Source of the DNA: the human T2T-CHM13v2.0 reference genome, Homo sapiens
NCBI RefSeq assembly: GCF_009914755.1
Contig: NC_060937.1
Length of the DNA: 64,000 nucleotides
Strand: one strand, 5' to 3'
Shown: positions 43,853-56,929 of the stretch, one piece after another
How positions within the stretch are numbered: position 1 is the stretch's first letter
How the letters are laid out: each line of letters begins with the position of its first letter
Position numbers and translations under genes: made by a program
The notes under the pieces: generated by a model
Database searches by the model: none
Told to the model about the DNA's origin: nothing
The model's input: only the letters and a program-made list of their open reading frames with translations

Positions 43853-45199
43853 TGAGAGGTGACAGCGTGCTGGCAGTCCTCACAGCTCTCGCTCGCTCTC
43901 GGCGCCTCCTCTGTCTGGGCTCCCACTTTGGCGGCACTTGAGGAGCCCTTCAGCCCGCCGCTGCACTGTGAGAGCCCCTTTTTGGGTTGGCCAGGGCTGG
44001 AGCTGGCTCCCTTAGCTTGCGGGGAGGTGTGGAGGGAGAGGCGCTGGCGGAAACCGGGGCTGCGCACAGTGCTTGTGGGCCAGCGTGAGTTCTGGGTGGG
44101 CCTGGGCTCGGCAGGCCCCACTCTTGGAAGGGCCTGCCAGCCCCGCTGGCCCCAGGTAGTGAGGGGTTTAGCACCTGGGCCAGCAGCTGCTGTGCTCAAT
44201 TTCTCGCCGGGCCTTAGCTGCCTTTCCGCTAGGCAGGGCTTGGGACCTGCAGCCCGCCATGCCTGAGCCTCCCCACTGCTCCGTGGGCTCCTGTGCGGCC
44301 GGAGCCTCCCCGAGGAGCGCCACCCCCTGCTCCACTGTGCCCAGTCCCATCGACCACCCAAGGGCTGAGGAGTGCGGGCGCATGGCACGGGACTGACAGG
44401 CAGCTCCACCTGCCGCCCTGTGCAGGATCCACTGGGTGAAGCCAGCTGGGCTCCTGAGTCTGGAGGGGACTTGGAGAACCTTTATGTCTAGCTAAGGGAT
44501 TGTAAGTACACCGATCGGCACTCTGTATCTAGCTCAAGATTTGTAAACACACCAATCAGCACCCTGTGTCTAGCTCAGGGTTTGTGAATGCACCAATCGA
44601 CACTGTATCTAGCTAATCTAGTGGGGACATGGAGAACCTCTGTGTCTAGCTCAGGGATTGTAAACGCACCAATCAGCACCCTGTCAAAACAGACCACTCT
44701 GGCTCTCTGTAAAATGGACCAATCAGCAGGATGTGGGTGGGGCCAAATAAGAGACTAAAAGCAGGCTGCTGGAGCCAGCAGTGGCAACCCGCTAGGGTCC
44801 CCTTCCACAATGTCGAAGCTTTGTTCTTTTGCTGTTTGCAATAAATCTTGCTGCTACTCCCTCTTTGGGTCCACACTGCCTTTATGAGCTGTAACACTCA
44901 CCCTGAAGGTCTGTAGCTTCACTCCTGAAGCCAGCGAGACCACAAACCCACCGGGAGGAACGAACAACTCCAGACGCACTGCCTTAAGAGCTGTAACACT
45001 CACCACGAAGGTCTGCAGCTTCACTCTTGAGCCAGTGAGACCACAACCCCACCAGGAGGAAGAAACTCTGAACACATCCAAACATCAGAAAGAACAAACT
45101 CCGGACACGCTGCCTTTAAGAACTGTAACACTCACCACAAGGGTCCGCGGCTTCATTCTTGAAGTCAGTGAGACCAAGAACCCACCAATTCCGGACACA
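43853..45199 (+). mobile_element. Solo LTR12 (ERV9) no. 1, 1347 bp
   Basis: tgagaggtgacagc...ccggacaca; flanks taca/tata (4-bp TSD with 1 mismatch); 4 intact CCAAT boxes; AATAAA at 44840-44845; U5 repeats. Confidence 0.96.
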
Positions 45200-46552
45200 T
45201 ATATACCATAGTTTCTTTATCCACTTGTTGATTGATGGGCATTTGGGTTGGTTCCACATTTTTGCAATTGCAAATTGTGCTGCTGTAAACATGCATATGC
45301 AAGTATCTTTTTCATATAATGACTTCTTTTCCTCTAAGTAGATACCCAGTAGTGGGATTGCTGGATCAAATGGTAGCTCTACTTTTAGTTCTTTAAGGAA
45401 TCTCCACACTGCTTCCCATAGCAATTGTACTAGTGTACATTCCCACCAGCAGTGTAGAAGTGTTCCCTGTTCACCTCATCCATGCCACCATCTATTATTC
45501 TTTTGATTACAGCCATTGTTGCTGGAGTAAGGTGGTATTGTGTTGTGGTTTTGATTTGCATTTCCCTGATCATTAGTAATGTTGCGCATTTTTTCTTACA
45601 TTTGTTGGCCATTTGTGTATCATCTTTTGAGAATTGTCTATTCATGTCCTTAGCCCACTTTTTGATGGGATTTTTTTTTCTTGTTGATTTGAGTTCATTG
45701 TAGATTCTAGATACTAGTCCTTTGTCAGATGTATAGATTGTGAAGGTTTTTTTCCCACTCTGTGGGTTGTCTGTTTACTCGGCTATTTCTTTTGCTGCGC
45801 AAAAGCTCTTTAGTTTAATTAAGTCTCAGCAGTTTATCTTTGTTTTTGTTGCATTTGCTTTTGGGTTCTTGGTCATGAAAACTTCGCCTAAGCCAGTGTC
45901 TAGAAGTTTTTCCAATGTTATATTCTAGAATTTTTATAGTTTCAGGTCTTATATTTAAGTGCTTAATCTATCTTGAGTTGATTTTTGTATGAGTTGAGAG
46001 ATGAGAATCCAGTTTCATTCTCCTACATGTGGCTAGCCAATTATCCCAGCACCATTTGTTGAAAAGAGTGTCCTTTCCCCACTTTATATTTTTCTTTTCT
46101 TTGTTGAAGATCAGTTGGCTGTAAATGTTTGGGTTTATTTCTTGGTGGTCTGTTCTGTTTCACTGGTCTATGTGTCTATTTTTATACCAGTACCATGCTG
46201 TTTTGGTGACTATGGCTTTATAGTATAGTTTGAAATTAGGTAATGGTGATGCCTCCAGATTAGTTATTTTTGTTTAGTTTTGCTTTGGCTATGTGGGCTT
46301 TTCTTCAGTTCCATATGAATTTTAGAATTTTTTTTTCTAATTCTTGAAGAATGTTGGTGGTATTTTGATGGGAATTATGTTGAATTTGTAGATTGCTTTG
46401 GCAGTATGGTCATTTTCACAATATTGACTCTACCCATCCATGAGCATAGGATGTGTTTCCATTTGTTTGTGTCATCTGTGATTTCTTTCAGCAGTGTTTT
46501 GAAGTTTTCCTTGTAGAGGTCTTTCACCTCTTTGGTTAGGTATACTCCTAAG

Positions 46553-46596
46553 GTTGGTTGGTTGGTTTCTTTTTTTTTTTTTTTTTTTTTTTTTTT
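46553..46596. repeat. (GGTT)n plus poly-T tract inside L1PB
   Basis: ggttggttggttggtttc followed by a T run of over 25 nt. Confidence 0.85.
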
Positions 46597-47952
46597 GGCA
46601 GCTATTGTAAAAGGTTGAGTTCTTGATTTGATTCTAAGCTTGGTCGCTGTCAGTGTGTAAGAAAAGATACTTGTTTGTGTGCATTAATTTTGTATCCAGA
46701 GACTTTGCTGAATTATTTTATCAGTTCTAGGAGCTTTCTGGAGGAGTCTTTAGGGTTTTCTAGGTAAACGATCATATTGTCAGCAAACAGCGACACTTTG
46801 ACTTCCTCATTACCAATTTGGATGCGCTGTATTTCTTTCTCTTGTCTGCTCTGGCTAGGACTTCCAGTACTATGTTGAAGAGGAGTGGTGAGAGTGGGCA
46901 TCCTTGTCTTGTTCCAGTTATCAGAGGGAATGGTTTCAACTTTTTCCCATTCAATATTATGTTGGCTCTGGGTTTGTCATGGATGGCTTTTATTATATTG
47001 AGCTATGTCCCTTGTATGCAGATTTTGCTGAAAGTCTTAATCATAAAGCAATAATGGATTTTGTCAAAATCTTTTTCTGAGTCTATTGAGATGATCATAT
47101 GTTTTTTTGTTTTTAATTCTGTTTATGTGGTATATCACATTTATTGACTTGTGTGTGTTAAACCATTCTTGCATCCCTGGTATGAAACCTACTTGATCAT
47201 GTTGGATTGTCTTTCTGATATGTTGTTGAATTTGGTTACCTAGTATTTTGTTAAGGATTTTAGCATCTGTGTTCATCAGGGATATCAGTCTGTAGTTTTC
47301 TTTTTTGGTTATGTCCTTTCCTGGTTTTGGTATTAGTGTGATACTGGCTTCATAGAATGATTTGGGGAGGGGTCCCTCTTTCTTTATCTTGTGGAATACT
47401 GTCAATAGGAGTGGTACCAATTCTTCTTTGAATGTCTGGTAGAATTCAACTGTGAATCCGTCTGGTCCTGGAGTTTTTTGTTGTTGTTGTTGATAATTTT
47501 TAAATTACCATTTCAATCTCTCTGCTTGTTATTGGTCTGTTCAGGGTATCTAATTCTTCCTGATTTAAGCTAGGAGGGTTGTATCTTTCCAGGAATTTAT
47601 CCATCTCTTCTAGGTTTTCTAGTTTATGCATGTAAATGTGTTCATAGTAGCCTTGAGTGATCTTCTGTATTTCTGTGGTGTCAGTTGTAATATCTCCCAT
47701 TTCATTTCTTATTGAGCTGTTTTGGATTTTCTCTCTTTTTCTTTCTTGGTTAATCTTGTTAATGGCCTATCAGTTTTATTTACCTGTTCAAAGAACCAGC
47801 TATTTCGTTTCATTTATCTGTTTTGTTGCTTTCAATTTCACTTAATTCTGCTCTAATCTTGGTTATTTCCTTTCTTCTGCTGTGTTTGGGTTTGGTTTGT
47901 TCTTGTTTCTCTAGTTCCTTGAGGTGTGACCTTAGATTATCTGTTTGTGCTG

Positions 47953-47959
47953 TTTCTTT

Positions 47960-47991
<32 letters not shown>

Positions 47992-48276
47992 CCGAGATGG
48001 AGTTTCGCTGTTGTTGCCCAGGCTGTAGTGCAATGGCATGATCTTGGCTCACTACAACCTCTGCCTCCCGGTTCAAGCGATTCTCCTGCCTCAGCCTCCC
48101 GAGTAGCTGGTATTACAGGTGCTTGCCATCATGCCTGGCTAAATTTTTGTATTTTTAGTAGAGATGAGGTTTCACCATGTTGGCCAGGCTGGTCTCAAAC
48201 TCCTGTCCTCAGGTGATATACCTGCCTTGGCTTCCCAAAATGCTGACATTACAGGTGTGAGCCACCATGCCCGGCC
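47953..48276 (-). mobile_element. Alu (AluSq/Sp-like) inserted in L1PB ORF2
   Basis: 'gagtttcgctgttgttgcccaggct' diagnostic, long T tail; no clear TSD. Confidence 0.95.
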
Positions 48277-49629
48277 CAAACTTTTCGATGTAGGCACTTA
48301 GGGCTATGAACTTTCCTCTTAGCACCACCTTTGCTGTGTCCCAGAGGTTTTGATAGGTTGCATCACTATTGTCATTCAGTTCGAAAAGTTTTTAAATTTC
48401 TATCCTGATTTCATTTTTGACCCAATGATCATTCAGGAACAGGCTATTTAATTTCTATGTATTTGCATGGTTTTGAAGGTTTCTTTTGGAGTTGATTTCC
48501 AGTTTTTTTCCACTGTAGTCTGTGAGAGTGCTTGATATAATTTCAATTTTTTAAAATTTATTGAGGCTCATTTTGTGTCCTATCGTAGGTCTATCTTGAA
48601 GAAAGTGCCATGTGGTCCATTTGTTCCAGGGCATAGTTTAAATCCATTGTTTCTTTGTTGACTTTCTGTCTTGATGACCTGTCTAGTGCTGTCAGTGGAG
48701 TATTGAAGTCCCCCACTATTATTATGTTGCTGCCTATTTCATTTCTTAGATCTATTAGTAATTGTTTTATAATCTTGGGAGCTCCAGTATTAGGTGCATA
48801 TATGTTTAGAATTGTGACAGTTTTCTGTTGGACAAGGCCTTTTATCATTATATAATGTCCCTCTTTGTCTCTTTTAACTCCTGTTGCTTTAAAGCCTGTT
48901 TTGTCTGACATAAGAATAGCTACTCCTGCTCATTTTTGGTGTCCATTTGCCTGAAATGTCTTTTTCTACCCCCTTTACCTTAAGTTTGTGTGAGTCCTTA
49001 TGCGTTAGGTAAGTCTCTTGAACGCAGCAGATGGCTGGTGAATTCTTACTCGTTCTGCAATTCTGTATCTTTTAAGTGGAGTGTTTAGGCTGTTTACATT
49101 CAACACTAGTATGAAATGTGAGGTACCATTCCATTCATCATGCTATTTGTTGCCTGTGTACCTTGGTTTTTTGTTTTTTAAGTTGTATTTTTGTTTTATA
49201 TGTCCTGTGAGATTCATGCTTTAGAGAGATTCTATTTTGATGTGCAAAATAGAACAAGACCTACTGTCTGTAGGTCTCTCAGCCATGTATACCAGCACCT
49301 GTTCTGGTGGCAGAGGTAGAGGGGAGAAATGAACTCTGTGAGGATTCTTAGCTTTGGTGGTTTAATGCACTATTTTTGTGCTGGTTAGCCTCCCGCCAGG
49401 AGGTGGCATTTTCCAGAGAGCATCAGCTGTGGTAGTATGGGGAGGAACAACGTTGGGTGGGGCCCTTAAACTCCCAAGAGTCTTCAGTTACTAGGGTGGG
49501 TAGGGAAGGGCCACTGGGTGGGGGTAGAGCTAAGCATGTCTGAGCTCAGACTGTCCTTGGGCAGGTCTTGCTGCTGCTGCTGTGGGGGATGGGGGTGAGA
49601 TTCCCAGGTCAATGGAGTTATGTTCCTAG

Positions 49630-51194
49630 TGAGAGGTAACAGCATGCTGGCAGCCCTCAGAGCCCTCGCTTGCTCTCAGCACCACCCCTGCCTGGGCTCC
49701 CACTTTGGTGGCATTTGAGGAGCCCTTCAGCCCCCTACTGCACTGTGGGAGCCCCTTTCTGGGCTGGCCAAGGCTGGAGCCCACTCCCTCAGCTTGCAGG
49801 GAGGTATGGAGGGAGAGGCGCGAGCGGGAACCGGGGCTGCGTGCGGCGCTTGCGGGCCAGCTGGAGTTCCGTGTGGGCGTGGGCTTGGTGGGCCCCGCAC
49901 TTGGAGCAGCCAGCCAGCCCTGCTGGCCCCGGGCAATGAGGGACTTAGCACCCAGGCCAGTGGCTGCGGAGGGTGTATTGGGTCCCCCAGCAGTGCCGGC
50001 CCACTGGCGCTGTGCTCGATTTCTCGCCGGGCCTTAGCTGCCTTCCCGCAGGGCAGGGCTCGGGACCTGCAGCCCGCCATGCCTGAGCCTCCCACCCCCT
50101 CCATGGGCTCCTGTGTGGCCCGAGCCTCCCCGACGAGCACCACCCCCTGCTCCATGGCACCCAGTCCCATTGACCACCCAAGGGCTGAGGAATGCAAGCG
50201 CATGGCGCAGGACTGGCAGGCAGCTCCACCTGCAGCCCCTGTGCGGGATCCACTAGGTGAAGCCAGCTGGGCTCCTGAGTCTGGTGGGGATGTGGAGAGT
50301 CTTTATATGTAGCTCAGGGATTGTAAACACACCAATCAGCACCCTGTGTTTAGCTCAAGGTTTGTGAGTGCACCAATCGACACTCTGTACCTAGCTGCTC
50401 TGGTGAGGACGTGGAGAACCTTTATATCTAGCTCAGGGATTGTAAATATACCAATCGGCACTCTGTATCTAGCTCAAGGTTTGTAAACACACCAATCAGC
50501 ACCCTGTGTTTAGCTCAAGGTTTGTGAGTGCACCAATCGACACTCTGTATCCAGCTGCTCTGGTGAGGACGTGGAGAACCTTTATGTCTAGCTCAAGGAT
50601 TGTAAATACACCAATCGGCACTCTGTATCTAGCTCAAGGTTTGTAAACACACCAATCAGCACCCTGTGTTTAGCTCAAGGTTTGTGAATGCACCAATCGA
50701 CACTCTGTATCTAGCTGCTCTGGTGGGGCCTTGGAGAACCTGTGTGTCGAAACTCTGTATCTAACTAATCTGATGGGGACTTGGAGAAGCTTTGTATCTA
50801 GCTCAGGGATTGTAAACGCACCAATCAGCGCCCTGACAAAACAGGCCTCTCGGCTCTACCAATCAGCAGGATGTGGGTGGGGCCAGATAAGAGAATAAAA
50901 GCAGGCTGCCCGAGCCAGCATTGGCAACCCGCTCGGGTCCCCTTCCACACTGTGGAAGCTTTGTTCTTTTGCTCTTGCTACTGCTCACTCTTTGGGTCCA
51001 CGCTGCTTTTATGAGCTGTAACACTCACCGCGAAGATCTGCAGCTTCACTCCTGAGCCCAGCGAGAACACGAGCCCACTGGGAGGAACGAACAACTCCAG
51101 ATGTGCCACCTTAAGAGCTGTAACACTCACCACGAGGGTCCGCGGCTTCATTCTTGAAGTCAGTGAGACCAAGAACCCACCAATTCCGGACACA
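49630..51194 (+). mobile_element. Solo LTR12C-like (ERV9) no. 2, 1565 bp
   Basis: tgagagg...ccggacaca; perfect 4-bp TSD ctag (49626-49629 and 51195-51198); inserted in the L1PB 5'UTR. Confidence 0.97.
50300..50900 (+). promoter_or_regulatory. LTR12 U3 enhancer/promoter: NF-Y CCAAT array, GATA site and AATAAA TATA-like box
   Basis: 10 CCAAT boxes in about 40-bp subunits with a 160-bp higher-order period; agataa at 50885-50890; aataaaa at 50894-50900. Confidence 0.75.
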
Positions 51195-53478
51195 CTAGGA
51201 GGATCATGACTGTCTCCACTGTGTTATGCAGGTTGTCAGGGAAGTGGGGAAAAGCCAGCACTCACAGGCCTCACCCAGCTCCCACACAATCCGAAGGGCC
51301 AGTCTCACTCCTGCCGTGCCCCCTCGCCCACAGCACCCAGTCTGTTTCCAGGCAGTGGGGGAGCAGGGCTGAGAACTTGTCCTAGGCTCCCCGCCTCCCA
51401 GCTGCGAAAGTAAATACGGCTTTCCTCCTTCCCCTGACTGTGGATTCTGCACGCCAGATTCATGCCCTCCCCCAAGTTCTGTTCAGGAGGCTTCTCAATC
51501 AGTTCAAATTGTTACAAAATTCAACCGGAGGTTTCCTTCTCCCTGTGGACTTTTCCCAGTGCCTCTGGCCACCTTCTAGAAGGACCCCTGTGAGGCCAGG
51601 CAAAAACAGCTTGCTAGGGGACTCAGCAAGCCCGCAGGGATTTTCCCGCTGCTTCCTCTACCCCTGTGTTTGGCTTGGCTCTCTAAATTAACTCAGCTCG
51701 AGGTACAGTAAAAATCTTCTCCCATAATCTGGGCCTTCAGTTTTCCCCCTGGGGGTGTGTGTTCAGGAGAGGACAATCTCCCTTTCCCGCTTCCACAGTT
51801 TGGGTACTCACAGTATTTGGGGTATCTCCTGGGTCCTGCAGGAGCAATCTGCTTCCTTTAGGGGGTGTGTGGGTCGTCTCAGGTTTCCTGATTTATTCCT
51901 GTAGTCATTCTGGAGCAAAAATTCCTGATGCAAGCCTCCACACGCTGCTCTGTCTGTCCCAGTGAGAGCTGTAATCTCGTCCTGCCTCTCGTCCGCCATG
52001 ATCTGCGGATGAGATCATTATTTTTATTTACAGCATTTTTCCATAAATGCAAATCATAATTAAGGTGAAACAATCCTTTTACTTTGGACACTTGCTGATG
52101 AAAACAAATTTTAGCAATAATTTTTTTGAATAGAAATACAAATAAGCCGTGAATCTGAAATTGGAAATCTCTTAATTAGATCCATAGTTAGAGAAAATTT
52201 TATAAAATTTTGGTTTTCAGTGTGTTAAAATAACTTATGGAATTGTAAAGAGTGCCTTTAAGGGAAATGGAAATAAAAGTTTGAAATACGTGATGTATGT
52301 CACTCCAACTCTTAAAAGGCCTCACAGCCTTTTTTTTCTTTTGTCCCACAACTTACAACAAAGATCTTTATGGATATTGATTTTTAAAGACATAGTTCAG
52401 AAATTCGAAGCAAACTTCCACATGATAAACCATATGTCAACTTAATCAATTTTTGGAATAATGAAAGTCTCTTGACGGCAGCTGCTTTACTTAGGAGAAA
52501 GCCTTTGGTGGTTCATTATCTATTCAAAGAAAGGTGAAACACTAGGGTCGTTATCCAGACCTCCAAAAGAGAAGTGACTATGAATAATGACTGTAATTAA
52601 CATTCAGATTTATAAATGCCACTTTCCAATACTAACAACTACTTGTAAATGAAAATACTGAAATTTCTGAGAATGATCATACTAGTAACATATTTCTGTC
52701 ATTACAAAAAAATTATGTAGATAGTGTAAAAAACCAATGACATAATTCAGTTAAAATTTATAGGAAGATTTATCTTTTTTCAGATGATCTTTAACTATAA
52801 TTATTCCTGAAGCCCCCCAAAAAGTAAAAGGATTACTATTCTAGTTTAAAAATTCTTGTAACCATGTGTTGTCATCCTATGTATCTAAAATTGTGTACAT
52901 TTAACTTACTAAGAAGTCATCAGTAATGATTTCTTTGAGTTTTATTGTAGAAAGTGGTTTTTTAAATCTAAATATTTTATACATAGTAAAAGCTTCTACG
53001 TTGTTAGTGTATGATTATATTGTATCATTTTTACAATATGCAAATTATATTGCTGTCAGCCTGAGGCTTGTGAAAAAGGAGGTTTGTGAGGATGTTCTGT
53101 AAGGAGTGTTCCTTCCTTACTTTGCTCACCCCAAAACCATTGTTACTGTTTTTTAAATCAAACTCTTTCTGAAAATAATTGATTAATCTCTCCATAAGGA
53201 ATGAAACTATATTCCTTTTAGTTAGAAACCACATAAAGTTGAAACTCCTTATTCTCTTCCGAACACAGGTTTTCTAGAAGCACACTTTCCATTTGCAGAC
53301 TATAGAACAATGGATATTGTCTCGGAATGTTGTCGTGAGGGTAAACACATACACAGGGAAGCTTGGTTCCTAAAGACCTACATTGCAAAACACACTGCAC
53401 CAATTTCTCTGATTTTCTTTCCAAAACTCTCTTTAGAGAGTTTGGGTTCTCTCCAATTCCACCTTTTTAATACTAAAG

Positions 53479-53647
53479 CAGTGGTTCTCAAACTTTAGCT
53501 ACAGTAGAATCACCTGGAGAGTGTGTTAAAGCATAGATTTTAGGCTCCATCATCAGTATTTGGTTCTGTAGGCCTAGAGTGGACCCCAAATTTGCATTTC
53601 TAACAAATTCCAATGACACTGATGTTGCTATTTCAGGCACTATGCTA
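53479..53647. mobile_element. MER5A hAT-Charlie MITE
   Basis: 'cagtggttctcaaacttt...agaatcacctggag...tttgcatttctaacaa'. Confidence 0.88.
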
Positions 53648-54599
53648 ACCTAACACATGAGTCTGATCATTCAACTCAAATATCTTTATGGATCAGTCAA
53701 GAGAAGTTAATTCAAAAAGCCTTGGAAAATAAAATCAATAGGCAGTGGTGAGAATTAGATAAATAGAATGTGCTGGACTAATTTAAAGGCTTTCTGTCTC
53801 ACATCTTTTAAGACAGTGTAATGAGGAAATGAAACATGTCCAAATTCAGCCTTTTCATTATACTTGAGGTACCTATCTTAAGCAATATTGTGTAAGCTTT
53901 TCTTCTATCTCTAGTTTGAATTTATATTGAGTTAGTCTAACAGCCAACAACTTATCTTCCTTAGGAAGTGATGTAGGGATGCAAAATGTGAGTAACTTTA
54001 CTTTCGCTACTGTCAGATAAGATTAGCTAATTGAGGCATCAGCAAATGTAATGTGGTCCCAATATAGATCCTGTTCCTTTTCATTGAAAACTGGTAAAAA
54101 CTGGATTTCTGGATAATAGAATTGTCAATGAAATTTCAACAGCAGTAGTGACAGAAAGTTTGCTGTTCTCCTATTGAAGTAACAGAGTAGCCTAGTAGCA
54201 CATAGTATGTAAAAAAGGAGAAAGTACAATAAAGAACATAACATCAATGAAATAAAATTATCTGCAAATGAAACCTCTGTTTTGTCTAGAAGAAATCTTG
54301 AGACTAAAAATATAGGTTCTTTTATAGATATCAAGTTGGGTATTTATTCCTAACTTATAATGTTTTCAAAGTGGTAGATCATATAATGGTCTTCCAGACA
54401 GAAGTGAATAGTGGGCTAACATTCTTGAAGAGATGGAATCTTTGGAGACTCTATTATTGGAAATTGGAGAAAGAACTGTGCCAAGACATGAAAGAAGATT
54501 TCTAAGGGTCTCATTGAACTTGTAGATGATACTGATGTGTAGATAAGCACTAAAAAGTTAAAAAATACAGTAGCAAGAAAACTATCTGAAAGTTAGAGA

Positions 54600-54745
54600 A
54601 CTTAGGTTCTTGCAAAATACCGACTCTTCATTTATTAGCTTTCTGACATAGTACTTTTTGCTTAACCTGTCCGTGATTCCATTTATTTACTTCTAAAGTG
54701 AGCATAATTCCACTGGGTTGTTGTAAAAATCACTTATCAAAATGA
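54600..54745 (+). mobile_element. MIR fragment
   Basis: 'tattagctttctgac...cttaacctgtccgtg...gggttgttgtaaaaat'. Confidence 0.5.
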
Positions 54746-54750
54746 TCACA

Positions 54751-55075
<325 letters not shown>

Positions 55076-56929
55076 TATCGACCACAGCTCTCAAACATTT
55101 TATAAATTATAGAATTATATGAGTCCAAGATTGTGTGATTTGCATTATTTGTGTGACTATAGCTTAAATGTATTCATTTATTTTAACTTATTCTTAAGCC
55201 AGTTGAATATATATAATGCAGTAGAGAAGTAGATCTACCATGTAATGTATATACATGAGTTTTTGCCCCTGGACAATATATAATATTCTATACTTTAGTC
55301 ACCCATTCCAGATCTTGCAAGTGCAATGTTGATTCTGGTTTTTTGCACTTTAATTAATATTATACTTAACAGTGATTTTTTTTTCTCTATTATGTTGTTT
55401 GAGGACAGGCAAGATAATACCCATAGGGAAAAGAATAAAGGACCCTGATTGTTGACATTGATTTTTTAAAGTGATTCTATGCACGTGAATTAAATGATAT
55501 CAGTACAATAACTACAGTGGAAATTGTGAAATTGAATAGTGCCCTTGGATATAACCCAAATGCAAACTTCATTTTGTTACAGTAGTTAGCTTTACAGGAA
55601 AGAATGTAGCAGACCGAGAATAAAAAAAATTGCTTTTTAAACTGGGTACTGCATTTATTTTTATTCTACTTTTTGTATTAATTCTCTGTTTGACTATTCC
55701 TTTATTTAGAAATGATTAAATGTAGTTTATGAGAAAAGTCTATTAAGCTTATCATGATATAATAACATCTGTTGCTATTTTGTTGTATAGGAATAGTTAG
55801 CAAGTACATTATCATTCTCAGCATTTTATGATAATAAGTTTGGGCTAACTGCAATTTATGCTGTGTAACATCACCTGGACTAAACCCTCTTGTTTTAATT
55901 CAAAACATCTTGATTCCCTGGGGAGTTATTTGCAGCAGTTTTTCAAAGACATCTTCCATCTCCTTAAGTTCTCAATCTCGTTTCTTTCAATTTTCTCTCT
56001 TGCAATAAAACCGTCCCTCCTTTTATTCTTATGGGAGGATCAAAGGAGTGAAGAGAAGGCTGAACCTTTTTACTGTCTCTATACTCATTCTTATACTTTT
56101 TGTTTTCATTTTCAAAACCTTTATTTCTATTATCCAAAATTACTTTATCACTTCTGATCTAGAATTAATTTTTATCTTCTTCCCTTGTAACTAACTCCTC
56201 TATTTTCTCTTATTCTCCTCTAACATTTTCATTGTTTTTTTCCCCCCTATGGTTCTTTTCTTACGGCTTTGAAATGTACAGGTACCAGAATAGGTCTTGG
56301 GAGAGGGATGGGATAGAACAAGTGAGTTTGAAGTTGCAGGTAGGGGCAACAGTGGTTGGGCTCAGGTTCAATGATCCTTGCTCTCAAGAGAGGCAAAAAG
56401 CACTATGCCAGAGTCTCCGTGGTGGTCTAAAGGGTGCCTGAGTTTTGTACTTGTTAGAGAAATTAAGTTTACTATAACCAAAAAGGTTTAATGTTTAGAA
56501 GTTAAAAGCAAGTGAAGAATGTCTCATTCTGAAATAGACCAAACTCAAAAGCCTAAGAATGCAGGGTGGGAATGAGCAGAAGTTAGGATTCCAAACAGGT
56601 CAGTAATTGAAAAAAAAAATGGTGGAAATAATACTAAAAATTTAAGACACATACATCTCTGTGGCCAGAGAGAATTGTGTCAGGGAGACAGGCCCTGAGA
56701 GGCAAGCAACAAGGAAGGAATCTAGGAACTGAGCTAGGTCACTGGTGATGAAATGCCAGATGGTGGCTATCAAGGATTCAGTACTGACCAAGCAGCATTG
56801 CCCAACACAAACCAAAAGCAGCTGATCAGCGAGGATGTGAAGCCTTACCAAGGTCATAATGCATAGAAAATCTGAAATCAGAAAGCAAATGATGAAGAAA
56901 TAATACTCATACAGTGTTTGATATATTAA

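Larger units (their letters stand above)
43699..49138 (-). pseudogene. L1PB ORF2p, disrupted and interrupted by LTR12 and Alu
   Basis: Minus-strand peptides [44 protein letters not shown]. Confidence 0.9.
43475..52003 (-). mobile_element. Near-full-length L1PB (L1PB1/L1PBa-like) with ORF1 deleted and three nested insertions
   Basis: 3' end 'ttccataggttattgaggaacagg...'; 5' end reads gatcatggcggacgagaggcaggac on the minus strand; ORF2 peptides collinear across the insertions. Confidence 0.92.

Noticed and set aside
43819-44432. Overlapping 135-196 aa ORFs (also at 49670-50312)
   Set aside because: Stop-poor GC-rich LTR12 U3 sequence open in several frames; no protein family signature.
50300-50870. 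Regular repeat-spacer-like array resembling CRISPR
   Set aside because: These are LTR12 U3 tandem subunits. The spacers themselves repeat, the context is eukaryotic and no cas genes are present.
43853-51194. LTR-RT-LTR arrangement as an intact provirus or novel LTR element carrying an L1 RT
   Set aside because: Each LTR has its own TSD, there is no PBS/PPT or gag/pol, and the interior is antisense L1PB collinear with sequence outside the LTRs.
52004-52030. Possible TSD of the L1PB matching 43458-43478
   Set aside because: Only partial similarity, mostly in T-rich bases; cannot be called.
56753-56866. Short plus-strand ORF MPDGGYQGF... in a GC-richer patch
   Set aside because: About 37 codons, no recognisable homology and no convincing splice or promoter context.
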